Under the pieces are notes generated by a model. It did no database searches and was not told where the DNA came from. It was given only the letters and a program-made list of their open reading frames with translations. From Lingula anatina (taxonomy: Eukaryota; Animalia; Brachiopoda), in the NCBI GenBank assembly GCA_051362555.1, contig CM120647.1:13802651-13866650 (forward strand): DNA of 64,000 nucleotides. The letters run 5' to 3'. Positions 59,182 to 64,000 of the stretch are shown here, one piece after another (the first letter of the stretch is position 1; every line of letters begins with the position of its first letter). The position numbers were made by a program, and so were the translations under genes.

Positions 59182-59755
59182 TTAAGAGCAGTATATCAAA
59201 ATTTTCTGAACAAAATTTGGTTCTTAAATGGTTATTTCGTCAGAGTAAAAAGGTCAGTGTGGTGTCTTACCAAATATCACAGGTCGTTATTGCCACCATA
59301 ACGATCAGAGTCCATTTGAACGGTTGATCGAACAGCACATGCTGCACTTTGCTCAAGCACATTTGGCTACTGCCTCTGTTACAGCCGTCGCTGGACATTA
59401 TCCCAGCTGTACCTGTGAAATGAAAACACACATGCATGTGTACGATTCTCTACTGTTTTCGAGTTTTTAATTTTCATTGTCTATACATACCCAGGGATGT
59501 TGTGTGGCCATGGCGGTATGCCGATCACTGAAGCCAGATAGGGTCACTTTATTCGGTTTTAAGGGTATTTTAGGATGAAAAGATAGTATTATTTCTCGGT
59601 ATGTACATGTATGTTGAATAGCTAACACGATTTTAGAAAAGACAACAAGGGACAAGAGTACAGAAAAAAAAAGTTCCCAAACACACCGTTTTTATAGAAA
59701 TCTCAATTAAGTGAATTCTTTTTGAAGCACCTTTTTCACGTTTGGTTTGATGTAG

Positions 59756-61300
59756 AGACGAGGCGGAGTTGGAAAAGCGTGCCGACGAGATTGATGAACT
59801 CCTTGGCACCATAATCGGGTAAATGTTAAAAGGCCTACCCATTGAAACATTTAATCCAAATAAAAAATGTCTTGTTTCTGATTATCGTCATGTAGTCTTA
59901 AAAATTAAGATTTTAATGATTTTATTTGAACTCTGTGTTAAAACAATTACCATGTCATATCGTACAAGTTTATGCTGTGAGGGCGGGTAGGGGGATGGCG
60001 AGGGGGTTAGCTGTGAGGGCGGGTAGGGGGATGGCGAGGGGGTTAGCTGTGAGGGGAGAAGAAGGGGGTTATGGAGGGGAGAAAAAGGGGAGGGGCGGGA
60101 AGAAGGGCGGTAAGTATAGTAGGAGGGATGAGGGCGATGGAAGGGAGATGAGTGGTATTTCACTCATAAGTAGATCCTGGTTTAAGAAACTGAGGATCTG
60201 TGTTACCTGGAATCCGCCCTCATTAGGTTCATATACAAATTTCGATTCTATCGACGATTCCGGTGCACAATAACTACTGTAGCCTCATTCTAGATTTTGA
60301 TTCACTTACGTCGCTAGTCTCTTTCACAGGGAGATTTCCTGGTAACAGATCTGAATACAGGGAGCTCCTCCTGGTAGCGACTCTGTATCACAGCTGCTCC
60401 CCCTAATAACGACTTTGTATTACAGGTGCCCTGGTTACACCTGTCCTAGATTTCGACTCAATAACGTTACTCTAACTCTTATCTATTTGAAACTTATGGA
60501 GGGAGGATTCAGTGTTACAGGGTCCTACATTATTTTAATTTCTATTAGACGTAATGCATAGAAAACACCATTCACGATAATATTGATTATCACCCAATTT
60601 GCTCCGCTGAAAAATCAAATTCCAAAAGCTTTTTGGAGATGAATTTATTTATTAATTTCCTGTGCTGCACCAAGTCACAAATGTTGCTACAAAATTGAAG
60701 TTTTTTTTTAGCCCCGACTTTGACGCTACTCTGGAAGGGACACTGCACCTTGTCCAAGAGGCTGGATTAGTGAATGCTTTCCCTAGACAATTTGCTGTGG
60801 ACGAGGACTCGCTTCTGGACGGGCTTTGGAAAAGGCTATCGATGACAGTGGTTATGCTTTTGACGGAACCTTTAGGTAAATCTTTTGTATTTGGTAAATG
60901 AATGGTCTGGTTTTGCTTTTATTTAAAGGATATCAATGATATTTTAATACAGCGAAATATATATATATTTTTTTGTCTTATGTGTAATGATGATAAAAGG
61001 CACATCGCTTAATCAGTTTATAGCTTCAACACAGGCTGCTTTTATTGTGTTGCATAGTAGTTGTCCTAAAATTATTTTACAGACATATTCCAACAAACAC
61101 ATGATCCAAAATCAAGCAATTTCCCTTTTATCATGCGATTGGCTACGTTTCCAGAAATATGAAATTCGCAAAGGGAAAATTTACCTCATGAAAAAAGTAT
61201 CATACATGATAAAGCCATTGTCTTTCCAAGAATTTTCTTCACGTCAGCCAAAAAATGACTATTTTTTTATGAAAGTATACAGGTCTTAAAGTTCTATTAA
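59756..61300 (+). pseudogene. Pseudogene of the EExxH zincin-like family (paralogue C, partial duplicate of A)
   Basis: Exon 59756-59818 is intact. The next acceptor is mutated cag>ctg (about 60607); 66-bp insertion at 60644; LEETLH>LEGTLH; 1-bp deletion near 60818. The last coding exon is deleted, with intron sequence joined to the stop/3'UTR at about 61290. Confidence 0.9.
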
Positions 61301-63578
61301 CTTTGAGCGCGTTTGTTTTATCATGATCGACTATACATTTGTATTAAACGCACCAGTTTGACACATTACTACTTAGGAGCGTATCACATACGCAGTTGAA
61401 CCATTTTGTGAATATGATGGGCACAGAAAGAGAAATAAAAAATAGTTTTAAAAACGCCTAAGTGCCTGCGTGATCATGACCTACTCAAGTCTTGAATCAG
61501 GTAGAATTGATCATTTATCTGGGCCAATATGTTAGTTATTGTTCACTGTTCGCCTGGGTACTCGCTAGGGTGCTAGCTAGGGGTGAATTTATTTATTAAT
61601 TTCCTGTGCTGCACCAAGTCACAAATGTTGCTACAAAATTGAAGTTTTTTTTTTTTTTTCTTGTTATCTCATTATTGTATTGCAGATCTCTATAGTCGCC
61701 AAACATATGTCATAAACTCGTTTACATCCTGTACTTGAGTGGCTGCTTTCAAACATCGGTTTCACTTCTTGGTACACATGCGGACATATGCTACTTGTAT
61801 ACCTTTATGGATTGAAAGTATTTCTTGCAGGTTGTTTCAATAATTCGACAGCACCTGCGCATAAAAATTATGGAATTTTGCATACAAAGAGCAGATGTTA
61901 TGGTGCGTAAACTGAGCTGTGCGCTACATCATTGTTGCTCTGCGCCAGAATGGTGTACAGAATGAGTGTCAGAGCAACGTAAAAGCTACATGTAGCTTGT
62001 TAAATATACCTTGTGATGGAGTCGCTTGTACTAGCTCTGACGAACAGCGACAATCTGAGGGCGTTCTTCTTCAAAATTTTGCCTGGGGCGCTTCCATATT
62101 TGGAAGTCACACGTCACAGCTGTGTCCGCCTGGATCCATATTTGGAAGTCATAAGTCTCGTACGTCACAGGTTCAGCCGCCTGGAGCTGCCTTTCCCGCC
62201 TTGCGCTGAAGTTATCTCGTGCAGACGAGACAAGATGCCTGAAGTTTGAATTGAAAATATATTGCAGTCGAAGGTCAGTGCCACAATACAAGCAACATTC
62301 TGCTTTACAAACTGATTTTGGTGTAGCCATTGCGCAGCCCTTATAGTGGTATCATACAGTGTAGCTGTCAAATTTGGCACACGGCAAGCACGTGTATTGT
62401 GCACGGGTATATCTCAGGACTTAATGTTCTTTGATTAGCGAAAAATACAAAAACATTGGATATATCTTTTCTTTTCGAAGAATGTTATTTTATTTATTCA
62501 CTTTACATCTTAAATACAGCAAATAAAATTAAATAAAGCAGAATTAAATCTGTTTTACGTTTCATTTTGGTCTGATGACATTCAACTGCAGATTCACTGC
62601 GGAGCAGTTCTATTTGATTGACGGAAGTGTAACATGGCTGCTGTTCGCTAGAGCCGGTATTGCTGATATGGGTTATATATGAAATCAAGATCGAGCTGGC
62701 AATACCGGAATCTAGAACCTAGGGTTGAATGGTGCAAAACAGATACACATTGCCAGGTAGATTATTCTGTCGCAACGAACGCCCCGCGCAGTGCTAAGGA
62801 TGTATGCCCAGCCTGAATTAATGAGGGGCAAATTGTCACAAAGACGCGCTTTTCAAGATCCAATGTTGTCAATGTTTAAGCAGGTTACAGTATTTTAGAA
62901 TAATTGCGATAACCACCACTTTGGTAGTAAAATCATATTTATTATTTGTAATTCCTTAAAATTGGGGTTGGGGTGGGGTCCTTTTGGTGCTCAAGTAAAG
63001 GAGAAATGGTAAAATGGCATCGGTAAATGCAAAGGCATTTAATAAGTGTACTCTGACAATTCATTTATTTTCAAAACCATACATAAAGACAATAATTTTG
63101 GAGTTTTAATATAACACTGTCCTCCGTGTCTTATTCATTGATATAATGGACACATAGCATTGATCTGTGTCATGATAAATGGACGAATGCACGAAAAAGA
63201 GCACAGTGCAAAAGCTTTTTTTAGATAAACCACTCCTCGCGAAACTTTATTTGCTAATACAGCAGAAAATTTTATTTGACTTATTTCGCTTGTACTTTGC
63301 GATAATCTCCGCGATTCATCTATACCCTCGTGCGTGTTGTGATTCTGCACGCGAAATGATTGAGCCGAACAGATTGTTTGGTCAAAATTCCCTTTCATTA
63401 AGATGTTTATGAACAATGGGTGCATTATTGATGCCAACGATCATACACATGACACCTAAAATGCTCAGCAGATATTATTTTGATACTAAGGAAGTGAACA
63501 AAACGGTCCCAAATAAGCTGATCTTTGCAACATTGTAAAGAGCGATCGGCGGTTAACATACGTTATTTTGCAAAGGAG

Positions 63579-63639
63579 ATGATGTTAACACATTTATTAC
63601 TTTGGAAGAGTGCTCTAATTGCAGTTTCTCTGAGCCATG
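63579..63639 (+). CDS. First (signal peptide) exon of a probable fourth EExxH family paralogue (D); continues beyond the window
   Basis: MMLTHLLLWKSALIAVSLSH G|gtgagt, 61 nt like exon 1 of paralogue A. Upstream 63220-63580 is homologous to 37720-38050. Confidence 0.75.
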
Positions 63640-64000
63640 GTGAGTATTCAGTATTTACAGTATTGCATGTATTCACTGGTAAAAAATAGTTTTTTTTTGC
63701 GCATTCAGAACAGCGGATCAAATATCCACTAGAAAGCTTGCTGCTTATTCCCCATTAGACCCTGAACAGATTTTCCGCAGGATTTTGCAACAATTAAGTT
63801 TCAATTGGGTCGGCCATATTTGATATGCGGATCTCTGAGTCCGCTGTTCTGCACGTGCTCTGTATTGTAAGTCTTGCGTATGTGACGATGGCATTGAATT
63901 GTACTTTAATTGCTACGGGGGAAACCATAAAACCTTAATTTTCTTTCATTTTATTTATTTACTACTTCCCATGTGGTTCCCGCGCCGCTTTCTTTCCCTT

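Noticed and set aside
61919-62404. Cluster of short overlapping ORFs with a small internal duplication
   Set aside because: No motifs or convincing splice structure; more likely a TE or regulatory remnant.

Overview
AT-rich, intron-containing DNA from an invertebrate animal (GT-AG introns, microsatellites, many MITEs). The species cannot be determined from the sequence. Gene models below were rebuilt by hand from splice signals and phase continuity, and family assignments rest on remembered motifs, not database searches. In order: (1) phosphatidylinositol 4-kinase beta (PI4KB), + strand, 14 coding exons; (2) a secreted non-animal (plant/APX/CcP-type) heme peroxidase with an intronless CDS, - strand; (3) an 11-exon secreted Cys-rich protein of about 546 aa that appears to contain two tandem Argos/giant-lens-like modules, + strand; (4) a DEG/ENaC channel subunit with altered HG and GAS motifs, + strand; (5) a cluster of four paralogues of a secreted bacterial-like EExxH zincin-type protein: a head-to-head intact pair (one fused to a Kazal domain, one with Lys-rich repeats), a pseudogene, and the first exon of a fourth copy at the window edge; (6) a TE-rich interval with an L2-like LINE fragment and an ALK/LTK-like glycine-rich domain pseudogene fragment; (7) an orphan class A GPCR with a large N-terminal ectodomain, - strand. 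The strongest candidates for undescribed biology are the EExxH/Kazal family (possible intron-bearing horizontal acquisition), the double-Argos protein and the peroxidase with an internal furin-flanked insert.
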